Of a stretch of DNA of 64,000 nt, positions 36,370-45,486 are shown piece by piece; the stretch's first letter is position 1; each line of letters opens with the position of its first letter. The notes under the pieces are model-generated. The model searched no databases and was not told the DNA's origin. It was given only the letters and a program-made list of their open reading frames with translations. The translations under genes were made by a program, and so were the position numbers. The DNA comes from a virus (taxonomy: Duplodnaviria > Heunggongvirae > Uroviricota > Caudoviricetes), in IMG/VR virus record IMGVR_UViG_3300037245_003487, positions 41,441 through 105,440 of that record, one strand, 5' to 3'.

Positions 36370-37206
36370 TTAATAATATTTTTTTACTGATGATATTATT
36401 TCAACACCAGATGGAATAATATATGATACACCATCCCAATTCCTATAATTATTTATAGAAACCTCATTAGCAAATCGTCCATCTTCAACGTCTTGCTCAT
36501 CTAATTTAAATAACTTATAATTATACAAGTTATCGTATTCAAATATAAAGAAATAAAAATAACTCGGCTTACCTGTTATCTGTTCAAGCCCATCGCCATA
36601 TAAAGCAGCTTGTCTGTGATAATTAAACTTCCTTATGCTATAAATAAATTTATCAACATCATCAGTTTTTTTTAAATCTATAATAATATTGTGATTAGGA
36701 TATTCAATCCATATATCCATCTTACCTTTCATTTGCATGGTTTTTTCAGTTATAAAATCTTCATCATCCCAATATATCGCCATTTCTTTTTTACATTCAT
36801 CCATATTAAATATTTCAAAAAATCTAACACTTGACGACATATCATCACATAATTCATTGAAATCATATTTTATTTCATAATTCATTATGTTATTATTTAT
36901 AGATTTTATTCTTTGAAAATCTTTATTTAATATTAATTCCTTACCAACATTATCAGTTTTTATTTTCTTATAATCTTTACTTCTACGATCCTTTATGGAT
37001 TCATCAAGAACAAGGTATTGCTCTTTGAATAATTCAGGTTGTAAAATATAATCATGAACTGATAATCCTATTTCCATGGCCTTAGTTCTTTTAAAGCCAT
37101 CTTTTAAATACTGAGGACCTTTATCGAATAACAATAATTTGCTATTCGATAGTCCTTCTGATGCAAAGTACTCAATGTCGGATATTTTTTTAATTAAATT
37201 TGCCAT
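36370..37206 (-). CDS. PD-(D/E)xK nuclease (RecB/Cas4/lambda-exonuclease-like)
   Basis: D(IWIEY)...IIDLKKT...YHRQAALYG (D-EXK plus QxxxY). Confidence 0.55.
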   Translation of the reverse strand: MANLIKKISDIEYFASEGLSNSKLLLFDKGPQYLKDGFKRTKAMEIGLSVHDYILQPELFKEQYLVLDESIKDRRSKDYKKIKTDNVGKELILNKDFQRIKSINNNIMNYEIKYDFNELCDDMSSSVRFFEIFNMDECKKEMAIYWDDEDFITEKTMQMKGKMDIWIEYPNHNIIIDLKKTDDVDKFIYSIRKFNYHRQAALYGDGLEQITGKPSYFYFFIFEYDNLYNYKLFKLDEQDVEDGRFANEVSINNYRNWDGVSYIIPSGVEIISSVKKYY

Positions 37207-37262
37207 TCTTAATTTATATCATAATTAAAAAACAATGTCAATATGTTTTACAATCTCCTTAC
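37207..37262 (-). promoter_or_regulatory. promoter TTGACA-N17-TATAAA with conserved upstream element GTAAGGAGATTGTAAAACATA; near-leaderless start of nuclease gene
   Basis: -10 ends 6 nt before ATG at 37206; 26-nt element identical to copy at 38056-38081. Confidence 0.45.
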
Positions 37263-37298
37263 AATATAATCCAACTATCTCTGACTTAAATCCTCCTT

Positions 37299-37324
37299 AA
37301 AAAAGAGACTACAGAGGTAGTCTC
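37299..37324 (-). terminator. rho-independent terminator (stem GAGACTAC/GTAGTCTC + T6)
   Basis: 8-bp perfect stem, 4-nt loop, T-run on minus strand downstream of gene 37348-38007. Confidence 0.5.
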
Positions 37325-37347
37325 GAGTTTATAATTATTAATATAAA

Positions 37348-38007
37348 TTAAATAGCACCTTTTATATGAGGAGCTGAATATCTGCAATCATTACCACTTA
37401 ATGATAATTGAGAATACCAAACTAATTGCGGCATCAATTCACGAGTTAATATATTAGTTTCCTCATATGTTTTTGAACTATCTTCTGGGCCATGAACTAA
37501 ATACCATGAATAATTAATTCCAACAGCTTTCAGCTTTTGACAAATTTCTTTTAATTGGTCATTACTAAATTTAGGTTTATTATAACTATCTCTTAATTTT
37601 TCATTTGCAGATTCAACCCCAAACCAAACCTCTCTTATCCCTTTTTTATATAGCTCTTCAATTTTATCAATATAATTTTTATAAAAAAATGCCACACATC
37701 CCTCGATTGTTAATGGAGTCTCATTTTGATATTGTAATACTTCAAATATATCAGTATTACAATCTTCAAAAAAATCCAATACAAACAACCAGGTTTTCGT
37801 GTTTTTAAATCTACTTATTTCATTTTTTAAATTATTAAGCTTCACAGATTCAAGCTTTAAAACATGATGGTCAATATCAGCTGGCGCGCATCCACAACCA
37901 TTATCGCACGCAGATTCGCTTATATTTGGGTTTCTATACTTTTCAAAGCAATAATGACCACATTCATTTCTTATATTAATAACATTATATAAAATTCTAT
38001 GACTCAT
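37348..38007 (-). CDS. radical-SAM-like protein with atypical Cys motif (tentative)
   Basis: CGHYC...CDNGCGC near N-terminus; REVWFGVESANEKLRDSYNKPKF...LKAVGINYSWYLVHGPEDS resembles the radical SAM barrel. Confidence 0.3.
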   Translation of the reverse strand: MSHRILYNVINIRNECGHYCFEKYRNPNISESACDNGCGCAPADIDHHVLKLESVKLNNLKNEISRFKNTKTWLFVLDFFEDCNTDIFEVLQYQNETPLTIEGCVAFFYKNYIDKIEELYKKGIREVWFGVESANEKLRDSYNKPKFSNDQLKEICQKLKAVGINYSWYLVHGPEDSSKTYEETNILTRELMPQLVWYSQLSLSGNDCRYSAPHIKGAI

Positions 38008-38013
38008 AAATCC

Positions 38014-38081
38014 TCCTTTGATATTTAATTACTTATAACATATATATTTCAATGAGTCAATATGTTTTACAATCTCCTTAC
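38014..38081 (-). promoter_or_regulatory. promoter TTGACT-N17-TATAAG with the same conserved upstream element
   Basis: Second copy of GTAAGGAGATTGTAAAACATATTGAC, followed by leader with AAGGAGG RBS. Confidence 0.45.
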
Positions 38082-39758
38082 GTTATCTCTAATTTCCTGC
38101 AATGTAAAGTCTTTAAGTAATTTACCATCTTTAAATACCGTTTTTAAAATACCAGTCTTCTCAACTTCTGGAGTAACTTCTTCATGTAGTTTAAAGTTTT
38201 CATCAACCATAAGCAATCCTTTTGCTGATTTTTTAAGGCCATCATCGGTTACAGGATCTTTGAAGATATTACGAGCCTCACCATTAACTACTCCATATGT
38301 AGCCTTCATTGCAAAACCCAGCGAGTCCCTTGTTAAAAAATTGTAGGAAAATGACCCGATCCCTAAAACAACATTTGTTGACGTAAACCCTTTAGATTCA
38401 AGCCTTTTACAGATTTCCTCACATCTCTTCATTGTTATTGCATCGCCATAAATAGCTCCAATATGGGTATCAAGCTGCTTAAAGCCTTTACTATTGACTT
38501 CGCCACCAAATGTATTCCATAGAAGCTCAATAACGCCTAAATCTTCAGGTCTAACCTCTAATCTTTCATAACTAACTGATTTTATTCCATCAACAACATA
38601 ATGATCATTATCATTCATATCATGCATTTTGCCTATTTCAGCTATTACTACAACTCTATAGATTTCAGATCCTATTTTACAAGTATCATTATATTCATCA
38701 CAATAACTATCGTCATCACAGTTTTCTACAAAGAAATCCCATGCAACATCGGTATAATAAGATTTTATATCATTAGTAGATGTTAAATATTTATCGCATT
38801 GAGTAAATACTTTTCCACATATTATATCTACAGGATCTCCGCTATCAGGTCTAATTACAACCTTACCATCTCTTGCCATAACTTCATTTTTAAGTTTTGG
38901 TAAATAATCAGTTAATACTTTCCATAAATCCCATGTATCAGATACAAGTGATATTATTCCAGATGGATATACTTTTGTGATTAGTCTTTTAAAAAGACCA
39001 AATTCGTCATTATCACCATTTAATGAAACAACAGAATGCTCAGTCGCACCAACGCTTCCGCCCACTAACTCTTTATCACAATTAGCACCATAATATTCTT
39101 CCATAAACGGTATTGCAGGTATCGTATCAGTTCCAGTAAATGATGTTAAATGACCTGACATTGAAGCGAGTTCTAATCCACCCATTCCCCTAAATGAAAA
39201 ATCATGTCCTTGCCAATCTACAAACTCTGGTATATCACTTGTTTTTTCTGCATAACCATCAAGTATTTCTCTATATTTAGCAGCAATAGTAGCGGTCGTC
39301 ATCGGAGACCAAATAATACATGACATTATACTTTCAATATAATTTGTCACCCAAAAAAATTCAGGTAAAGTATTCTTAATTGTAATACATGGAATTCTCA
39401 TTGGGCATTTAGTTCCTTCTTCCATAGCTTTAATCTCAAGTGGTAAATAACCAAGATCATGTAAAGCCTCGATATGATCCATTTTCACTACATCCGGACC
39501 TAATGAATTATCAAGTATTCTTTTGTATTCACCAACAACTTGCTCTTTAGGTAAATCAAAAAATCCTTCATTAAATTGATTAATCAGATATTCTTTAATA
39601 AAATACTGTAATCCAAATACGACTACTTCATTAATCCCTTCAATCCTTGAGCCTCTTGGTGTCCAATTTGAATAGACCATCTCAGTTCCTTCTGGATACT
39701 GATAAATATGACCTGTCTTGTAAAAATCTGCTAACAGCAGTGGGTTAATTCTTCTCAT
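38067..39758 (-). CDS. nicotinamide phosphoribosyltransferase family protein (NadV/NAMPT-like; candidate Namat)
   Basis: N-terminal LLADFYKTGHIYQYP signature of NAMPT; 563 aa. Confidence 0.7.
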   Translation of the reverse strand: MRRINPLLLADFYKTGHIYQYPEGTEMVYSNWTPRGSRIEGINEVVVFGLQYFIKEYLINQFNEGFFDLPKEQVVGEYKRILDNSLGPDVVKMDHIEALHDLGYLPLEIKAMEEGTKCPMRIPCITIKNTLPEFFWVTNYIESIMSCIIWSPMTTATIAAKYREILDGYAEKTSDIPEFVDWQGHDFSFRGMGGLELASMSGHLTSFTGTDTIPAIPFMEEYYGANCDKELVGGSVGATEHSVVSLNGDNDEFGLFKRLITKVYPSGIISLVSDTWDLWKVLTDYLPKLKNEVMARDGKVVIRPDSGDPVDIICGKVFTQCDKYLTSTNDIKSYYTDVAWDFFVENCDDDSYCDEYNDTCKIGSEIYRVVVIAEIGKMHDMNDNDHYVVDGIKSVSYERLEVRPEDLGVIELLWNTFGGEVNSKGFKQLDTHIGAIYGDAITMKRCEEICKRLESKGFTSTNVVLGIGSFSYNFLTRDSLGFAMKATYGVVNGEARNIFKDPVTDDGLKKSAKGLLMVDENFKLHEEVTPEVEKTGILKTVFKDGKLLKDFTLQEIRDNVRRL

Positions 39759-40570
39759 AAATCCTCCTTTATTAATTTAATTTGTCTATATTTATATACT
39801 TCTAATATTTTTTCATCCCATAAAGTAACACTATATATACTGCTTATCAATCCATCAAATACACCTAATCCTTTACTAAAAATACCATGAGATACAAATA
39901 ACCTTACTGTCTCAGCACCACGATCTTTAAGTATTTTAGCTATCTCAATAAAGGTCCTTCCTCCATCACAAATATCATCTATGATTAAACAATCTTTGCC
40001 TTTAAAATTATCACATTTTATTTCAGTATGAATTATTTCACCTGTATGTGGGTTTCTAATTTTACTACATCCAGCAACTGCCAAATCAAGTTTATTACCT
40101 ATTGCCCATATTTTCTTTCTAGCACCTTCATCTGGTGAAATCAAAATTGTGTTGCCATGAATTGGAACTTGCTTAATTAAAGGCATTATATCAATTTCAT
40201 AGCACTTATTTAATAACGCTGTACTTACTGGGGAATGATTATCAAGAGTGCGTACTACGTTATAATTCTGACTATTAATTAAATCACAAAATACTTTAAT
40301 ACTTAATGATTCACCTGGAACCATAACACGATCTTGTCTTGCATATGGCACGTAAGGAAGAATGAGTCTCATAAAACCTGGGCCTATGCGCCTTAGTGCA
40401 TCAGTAACTAATAACAACTTCATTATATCATTTGAATTTCGTATAAAAGCTTCAATAGTTATAACTGGATCAATTTCACCTTTAATTTTTACATGCTCTT
40501 CGCCACCATTAAAAGTAAAAAATTCACATTCTATTTTTCTATAACCAAAACCGTAAACTTTAATCATCAT
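39755..40570 (-). CDS. ribose-phosphate pyrophosphokinase family protein (Prs-like; candidate Adps)
   Basis: LPYVPYARQDR and PRPP-binding LIIDDICDGGRT; 4-nt overlap with the NAMPT-like gene. Confidence 0.65.
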   Translation of the reverse strand: MMIKVYGFGYRKIECEFFTFNGGEEHVKIKGEIDPVITIEAFIRNSNDIMKLLLVTDALRRIGPGFMRLILPYVPYARQDRVMVPGESLSIKVFCDLINSQNYNVVRTLDNHSPVSTALLNKCYEIDIMPLIKQVPIHGNTILISPDEGARKKIWAIGNKLDLAVAGCSKIRNPHTGEIIHTEIKCDNFKGKDCLIIDDICDGGRTFIEIAKILKDRGAETVRLFVSHGIFSKGLGVFDGLISSIYSVTLWDEKILEVYKYRQIKLIKEDL

Positions 40571-40880
40571 TCACTCCTTTATTATTTTCATTAAAATAAT
40601 CTTGTTCTTTTGACTCATACTCAGTAACATATCGCTTACCAAATTTTATTACAAACACACAAAAACAACAATCAATTCCATCTAATGTTAATTTATCAAA
40701 TGCATTAAGACCATCTTTTTTGCTTTTAAAATAAGCATGAGAACTAAATCCTTGATCGCATCCATTATGTTGACTTTTTTTAATATCAGTAGTCCAGTCC
40801 TCGCATTTATAACACCACCAATGTCTATCCCATCTTACAATTTCATAGCTAACTGAGTAAATTCTCCTTAACCATTTCAT
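40560..40880 (-). CDS. hypothetical Cys/Trp-rich protein
   Basis: 106-aa ORF. Confidence 0.3.
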   Translation of the reverse strand: MKWLRRIYSVSYEIVRWDRHWWCYKCEDWTTDIKKSQHNGCDQGFSSHAYFKSKKDGLNAFDKLTLDGIDCCFCVFVIKFGKRYVTEYESKEQDYFNENNKGVNDD

Positions 40881-40939
40881 AATTACACTCCTTTAAGTTA
40901 ATTAGTTATATCATGACATTTAATTAATGTCAAATTTAT

Positions 40940-42199
40940 TTACACATTACTTACAGAGGGAGGGTGTTTTAGATACCAAAGCTTTGGATTAACAAATCTC
41001 CTCATGGGGCAATTAAATATCATATCGTAATTTAATCTTCTTCCACCACGATTCTTCTTAACAAAAAATCTTAATAATCTAGCGTTTCCATTATTACCAA
41101 CAGACTCATTAATTGTTTTCATCATAATAACAACATCTGCATCATTGGCTATCTTGCCGTTACCTCTAATATGAGCTGTTTCAGGCTCTTCATCCTTTTT
41201 TCCCTCCTTGGTTATTGCACATAAAGCACATATCGGTATTTTTAACTTTTTAGCTAATTTTTTTAGGTTTTTAGATGTATATCTCGAGTCATTATCTTGA
41301 TTTTTTGGCTCATCAATCATTTGAAGGTAATCAACATATACCATATCAACATTAAAATCCTGCTTCATAGTAATAATATTGCCTTTAACATCATCCCATT
41401 GATCTAACTCATCAACAATAAATATTGGAAGCTCATACATTCTCTCTAATGCATTTATAAATTTATCTTTTTCAACTTCTGATAATTCATTTAGTTCTAA
41501 CTTAAGATTATCAACGCCTGCTAGACTACATGCCATTAATTGGTAAATTTCATCACTTTCCATTTCACATGAAATCAATCCAACTTTTACGCCTTCTTGT
41601 GCTTGCTTAATAATTCTTTGTATAATATAACTTGTTTTACCAACGCTTTCACCTGCTGCTATGAGAATAAAATCTGTTTTTTTATAGCCCCTTTGCATAT
41701 CATCAATAGCCTCAATAGCACTATGGACCTTTGGAATTTGAAATCCTTGCTTAAGTTTTTCTATAAGTTTGTAACAAGCATCCTTTGTGTCTTGAATATT
41801 TTTCTCTTCAGGAAGTTTAATATTATCAATAAATGCTTGCATTGTAGCTTTAATCTCATGAATACTCTCATCTTTACGATCATTAAGTTGATGGCCATAT
41901 ATATTGACTTTTCTGACTAAATTCCTTGCTAGTATGTCATTTAAGTGAATTATATACTTTTCTTCTTCAAATTCAGAATCATATATTTTATAAAATTCAT
42001 TTAAAGGAAAGTTTCTTTGCTCAGTGATATAGTTTATTATACTATCCCTTGTGAATCCAGAATTTTTTTTATGCAAAGTATCTATGATATCATATAGTTT
42101 TATAGATAAATCATCTGCAAATATGTTTCCATGTTCCTTTAAATTTTCAAATAAAATAGGATTGTTTATTACAACTCCTAATAAATTATGTTCAAGCAT
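40940..42199 (-). CDS. DnaB-like replicative helicase
   Basis: RecA-fold core AAGESVGKTSY (Walker A), YVDYLQMID (H4), DnaB-like N-terminal domain. Confidence 0.65.
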   Translation of the reverse strand: MLEHNLLGVVINNPILFENLKEHGNIFADDLSIKLYDIIDTLHKKNSGFTRDSIINYITEQRNFPLNEFYKIYDSEFEEEKYIIHLNDILARNLVRKVNIYGHQLNDRKDESIHEIKATMQAFIDNIKLPEEKNIQDTKDACYKLIEKLKQGFQIPKVHSAIEAIDDMQRGYKKTDFILIAAGESVGKTSYIIQRIIKQAQEGVKVGLISCEMESDEIYQLMACSLAGVDNLKLELNELSEVEKDKFINALERMYELPIFIVDELDQWDDVKGNIITMKQDFNVDMVYVDYLQMIDEPKNQDNDSRYTSKNLKKLAKKLKIPICALCAITKEGKKDEEPETAHIRGNGKIANDADVVIMMKTINESVGNNGNARLLRFFVKKNRGGRRLNYDMIFNCPMRRFVNPKLWYLKHPPSVSNV

Positions 42200-42200
42200 T

Positions 42201-42392
42201 TTAACTCCTCATGATCTTTTTACCAAACTCTTTCCATTGCCTGCCATTCCAATTTTTCATATCATTTTCTAATTCCATATTAGCAAAATACATTTCAATC
42301 AATTGCTGCTTAAGCCATTTATCTGATTCATATTTTATTAGAATTTCATAATCTAAATTTTCAATTGCATTTCTAATTTCTTCCTTTGTCAA
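42201..42392 (-). CDS. hypothetical protein
   Basis: 63-aa ORF. Confidence 0.3.
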   Translation of the reverse strand: MTKEEIRNAIENLDYEILIKYESDKWLKQQLIEMYFANMELENDMKNWNGRQWKEFGKKIMRS

Positions 42393-43204
42393 AATTCAAT
42401 ATCCTGAATATCTTCATAATTTAAATTCTTAGGACCATCACTGCCTATTGGTTGTACACTACAACTCTCTCTAACCCACTGAATTATAGCACCATAATCA
42501 GATGCGTAAGTCTTATCATTTGCAAGCTTATATCCACATAACTTCTCAATCATTTTTTCTGTCTGTTTCCTACCATATTTATCTATTAGTGAGTTATAAT
42601 CCTTCTCTCTGATCCAAATATTATCACGATATTGTTTTATATCATCATAATCTAAATATTTTTTAGTCTTAGTGGTTGTTTTAGTAATTACTTTTTTAGG
42701 TTTCTCACTAACTTGTTTTTTTTGCGGTTGTGAAACTGAAGTTTCATCCGTATTTATATTAGTATTAATATTAATATTAAGATTAATATAGTTCGAAGGC
42801 TTTGAAAGGCTTTCGAAGGCTATATAAAGGCTTTCTCCATCCTTTATTAAAGCGTTTCCACAGAGCCAGGTAACTAATTCAATTGGAGACTCATTAATTA
42901 TCTTTTCTATGCCTGTTTTTATATTTGGATTTAATTTTTGATGTTTTATTGTATTTCTGCAAACTATAAAGTCATTTTTATATAAAATTTTACCATCAGC
43001 TTCGAATTTTTCAAATATTTTTAATATCTCATCATTTTTTAAACCAGTTTCATACGATATTCTATTTATTCCAACTTCATAAATACCTGCAATATTTGCG
43101 GATGGATTTGTAAAGCAGTAAATAAATAAATATCTCTCTGTTGATTCTAATTTTTCAACATACGGATCTCTCCAAAAATCTGTATTAAAGTATCTATTTG
43201 GCAT
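42389..43204 (-). CDS. phage replisome organiser / replication initiator (N-terminal Phage_rep_org_N-like)
   Basis: FWRDPYVEKLESTERYLFIYCFTNPSANIAGIYE; low-complexity linker encoded by the iteron region. Confidence 0.5.
   Translation of the reverse strand: MPNRYFNTDFWRDPYVEKLESTERYLFIYCFTNPSANIAGIYEVGINRISYETGLKNDEILKIFEKFEADGKILYKNDFIVCRNTIKHQKLNPNIKTGIEKIINESPIELVTWLCGNALIKDGESLYIAFESLSKPSNYINLNININTNINTDETSVSQPQKKQVSEKPKKVITKTTTKTKKYLDYDDIKQYRDNIWIREKDYNSLIDKYGRKQTEKMIEKLCGYKLANDKTYASDYGAIIQWVRESCSVQPIGSDGPKNLNYEDIQDIEF
42751..42840. repeat. putative origin: AT-rich tract plus four AAGGCT(TT) iterons inside the initiator gene
   Basis: attaatattaatattaagattaatata then gaaggcttt/gaaaggcttt/cgaaggct/aaaggctttc at 9-14 bp spacing. 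Confidence 0.45.
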
Positions 43205-43580
43205 TATCTCTCCTTAATTGCTCTTCATATATTTCAAATGCTTTTTCACAGGCTGCAATTAATGCTTTTTCCCTATCGTCCTTTCTGTATATTTCACATT
43301 CATCATCGTTTCCAATTGTTGACCAATGTTTATTTGCTGGTCTATTTTTACCTGTGTCTATATCAATATCTTTCTCATCAAAGAAAAAAGGCATTATGGA
43401 TAATATAAAATCATTATCGATATATTTTATGGACTTCCAATTATCTCCATAATGAAAATATTTATCATCACTTCTCTGCTCTGAATATTCAGTCTGTCTC
43501 CATAAATTTTTATATTTACTCTGAATCCACTTATAAAATTCTCTCCACCCATTTTCATGGATTATCATTTTTTCAAACAT
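43194..43580 (-). CDS. hypothetical protein
   Basis: 128-aa ORF. Confidence 0.35.
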   Translation of the reverse strand: MFEKMIIHENGWREFYKWIQSKYKNLWRQTEYSEQRSDDKYFHYGDNWKSIKYIDNDFILSIMPFFFDEKDIDIDTGKNRPANKHWSTIGNDDECEIYRKDDREKALIAACEKAFEIYEEQLRRDNAK

Positions 43581-43589
43581 ATTAACTCC

Positions 43590-44864
43590 TTAGTAATATT
43601 TTTTAACGATAAATTCCAAATCTTTATCGTTAAAATCTTTGTATTTAACGTTATTTTTATCTAGCTCATTTTTTAAATAATCAGCTATTTTTAAATTTAA
43701 TATATTTTTTATATGTGGTATGGATATTAAAGTTATTCCATTTTCTATACATAATCGCTTTTTCCTTTCATCTCGCTCTTGTTGATCAATAAAGCCTTGT
43801 TCGGTTCTATGAAACCAGGGCGAAAATTCATAATGTTGCAATCCATTATGTTCAAAACCTAATTTTAATTCTTCATTGTATATATCTATCTCTAATCTAC
43901 CCCATCCTATTGGAACTATTTTATTAAATTTCTTATTAAAAATTAATTCGATAATTTCTTTACAACACGCTTCGCTTTTATAAAAATTATTAGTATAGCA
44001 CGTAGGACACCAGTGACCATTTTGTATTGGTGTCCAAGCAATCTTCCATTGATGCCCAAATTCACATTTCCAAATATACTTCGTTTTATTGTTTATATAT
44101 TTAATTGATAAACATTCCCCATTTTTACCTTGTGCAAATTGTTGAAGGTCTTCAATAATATATCCCCTTTTTTTTTCACCGTTTTTTCTATAAGCACATT
44201 TCCTACACCATTTCCCACTTTTTACACTTCCAGGAGTTGCTTCCCATGTATGTCCTTCTAAACATTGCCACTCTAATTTTGTACTGTTATTTATATATTT
44301 ATCAGATAAACATAATCCACATCTGTATTCAGCCAATTTTTTCATTTCTTCAATTGTTAATAACAATCTATTTGCACATTTAGGACACCATTCCCCTCTT
44401 TTGATATTTTCCCATCTCGCTCCCCAGACATAACCGCACTGGCACTTCCATTTATATTTCGTACCCATACTTATATATTTTTCTGATAAACATTTACCAT
44501 CTTTCTTAATTGCAAATTCTTGTAAATCATTAATTGTATGAACTCTATTTCCTATTGCATTTTTAATAAAAGCACATTTCGGACACCAATGACCTCTTCT
44601 TATATCATTCCATCTTGCTTCCCAGATATGCCCCTCAGAACATATCCATTTATATTTTGTTTTTGTATTATTATATTTAACAGATAGACAATCTCCTCTT
44701 TTCTTTTTTGATTCATTTTTTAAATCATCAATTATATAATAATCCTTTTTTTCTTTTACTTTTTTATTCCCACTTTTAGCAGCATGGCTTTTACAACAAT
44801 TTTTAGCATTTTTATTCTTAGTCTTAAATTCCTCTCCGCACCACTCACATTCTTTAATTTCCAT
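43590..44864 (-). CDS. five tandem zinc-ribbon repeats plus C-terminal Vsr/PD-(D/E)xK-like domain (putative homing/nicking endonuclease)
   Basis: 5x (GH.WEA.W..I..G.WCPKCA); C-terminus WGRLEIDIY...FEHNGLQH...ENGITLISIP. Start set at MEIKECEW (RBS AAGGAGAGG) rather than TTG at 44882. Confidence 0.45.
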   Translation of the reverse strand: MEIKECEWCGEEFKTKNKNAKNCCKSHAAKSGNKKVKEKKDYYIIDDLKNESKKKRGDCLSVKYNNTKTKYKWICSEGHIWEARWNDIRRGHWCPKCAFIKNAIGNRVHTINDLQEFAIKKDGKCLSEKYISMGTKYKWKCQCGYVWGARWENIKRGEWCPKCANRLLLTIEEMKKLAEYRCGLCLSDKYINNSTKLEWQCLEGHTWEATPGSVKSGKWCRKCAYRKNGEKKRGYIIEDLQQFAQGKNGECLSIKYINNKTKYIWKCEFGHQWKIAWTPIQNGHWCPTCYTNNFYKSEACCKEIIELIFNKKFNKIVPIGWGRLEIDIYNEELKLGFEHNGLQHYEFSPWFHRTEQGFIDQQERDERKKRLCIENGITLISIPHIKNILNLKIADYLKNELDKNNVKYKDFNDKDLEFIVKKYY

Positions 44865-44883
44865 ACCTCTCCTTATAATCAAA

Positions 44884-44915
44884 AAAAGAGGTGTTAATCA
44901 CCCCTTTTAACGATA
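44884..44915. terminator. bidirectional hairpin terminator
   Basis: A7-GAGGTG-TTAAT-CACCCCT-T4; readable on both strands. Confidence 0.4.
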
Positions 44916-45102
44916 AGCTTTAATTCTAAAGACAAAGCTTATATAAAACTTATTTTATAGTATGATCTTAAATCATCTAAATTGATATTATCATACCTGG
45001 GAAAATAAATCAAGCGATTTATATGGTTGCTACAATTTATTTACATTTAGATCAAAAAATAGTCCGATCTAAGGAGCAAGATCGAACTATTAAAGGAGTG
45101 AA

Positions 45103-45127
45103 TGAAAAAGTTAACCGAAGTTAACTT
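45103..45127 (-). terminator. terminator hairpin overlapping the stop codon of gene 45121-45486
   Basis: AAGTTAAC-TTCG-GTTAACTT followed by T5 on minus strand. Confidence 0.45.
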
Positions 45128-45486
45128 GTATTAGTTGCAATTGCAATTCCTGCAATAACTCCACTTACCACTGATACACTAAGAAAACAAGCTCCTACCG
45201 TAACACCTATTAAAATAGCTTGACGTTTGCGTAATATCTGGTATTCCATTTCTAAAGCATCAAATTGAGTAGAGAGATCTTTATTTGAGTTTTCTAATAT
45301 TTCAATTTTATCTAAAGCTAATGGATGTTTTTCTTGAAGTGTTAAGTATTCTATAATATACTCCATAGGTATCCATCCACCAGATTGACCATTATAGTCC
45401 ATTGGAATAGCTTTATTTGCGTTTATGATTGGCGTTGATACTATTAAAAATATCAGCAGCATCCATATTATTGATTGTCTCATCAA
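45121..45486 (-). CDS. secreted/membrane protein (signal peptide + C-terminal TM), lysis-region
   Basis: MMRQSIIWMLLIFLIVSTPIINA; C-terminal TM. 74-nt overlap with upstream gene (spanin-like arrangement). Confidence 0.35.
   Translation of the reverse strand: MMRQSIIWMLLIFLIVSTPIINANKAIPMDYNGQSGGWIPMEYIIEYLTLQEKHPLALDKIEILENSNKDLSTQFDALEMEYQILRKRQAILIGVTVGACFLSVSVVSGVIAGIAIATNTS

Noticed and set aside
44920-45120. Tiny plus-strand ORF (MKKLTEVNLY) with AAGGAG upstream at about 45097
   Set aside because: Only about 10 codons, and it overlaps the minus-strand terminator hairpin. The SD-like sequence is part of the hairpin flank.
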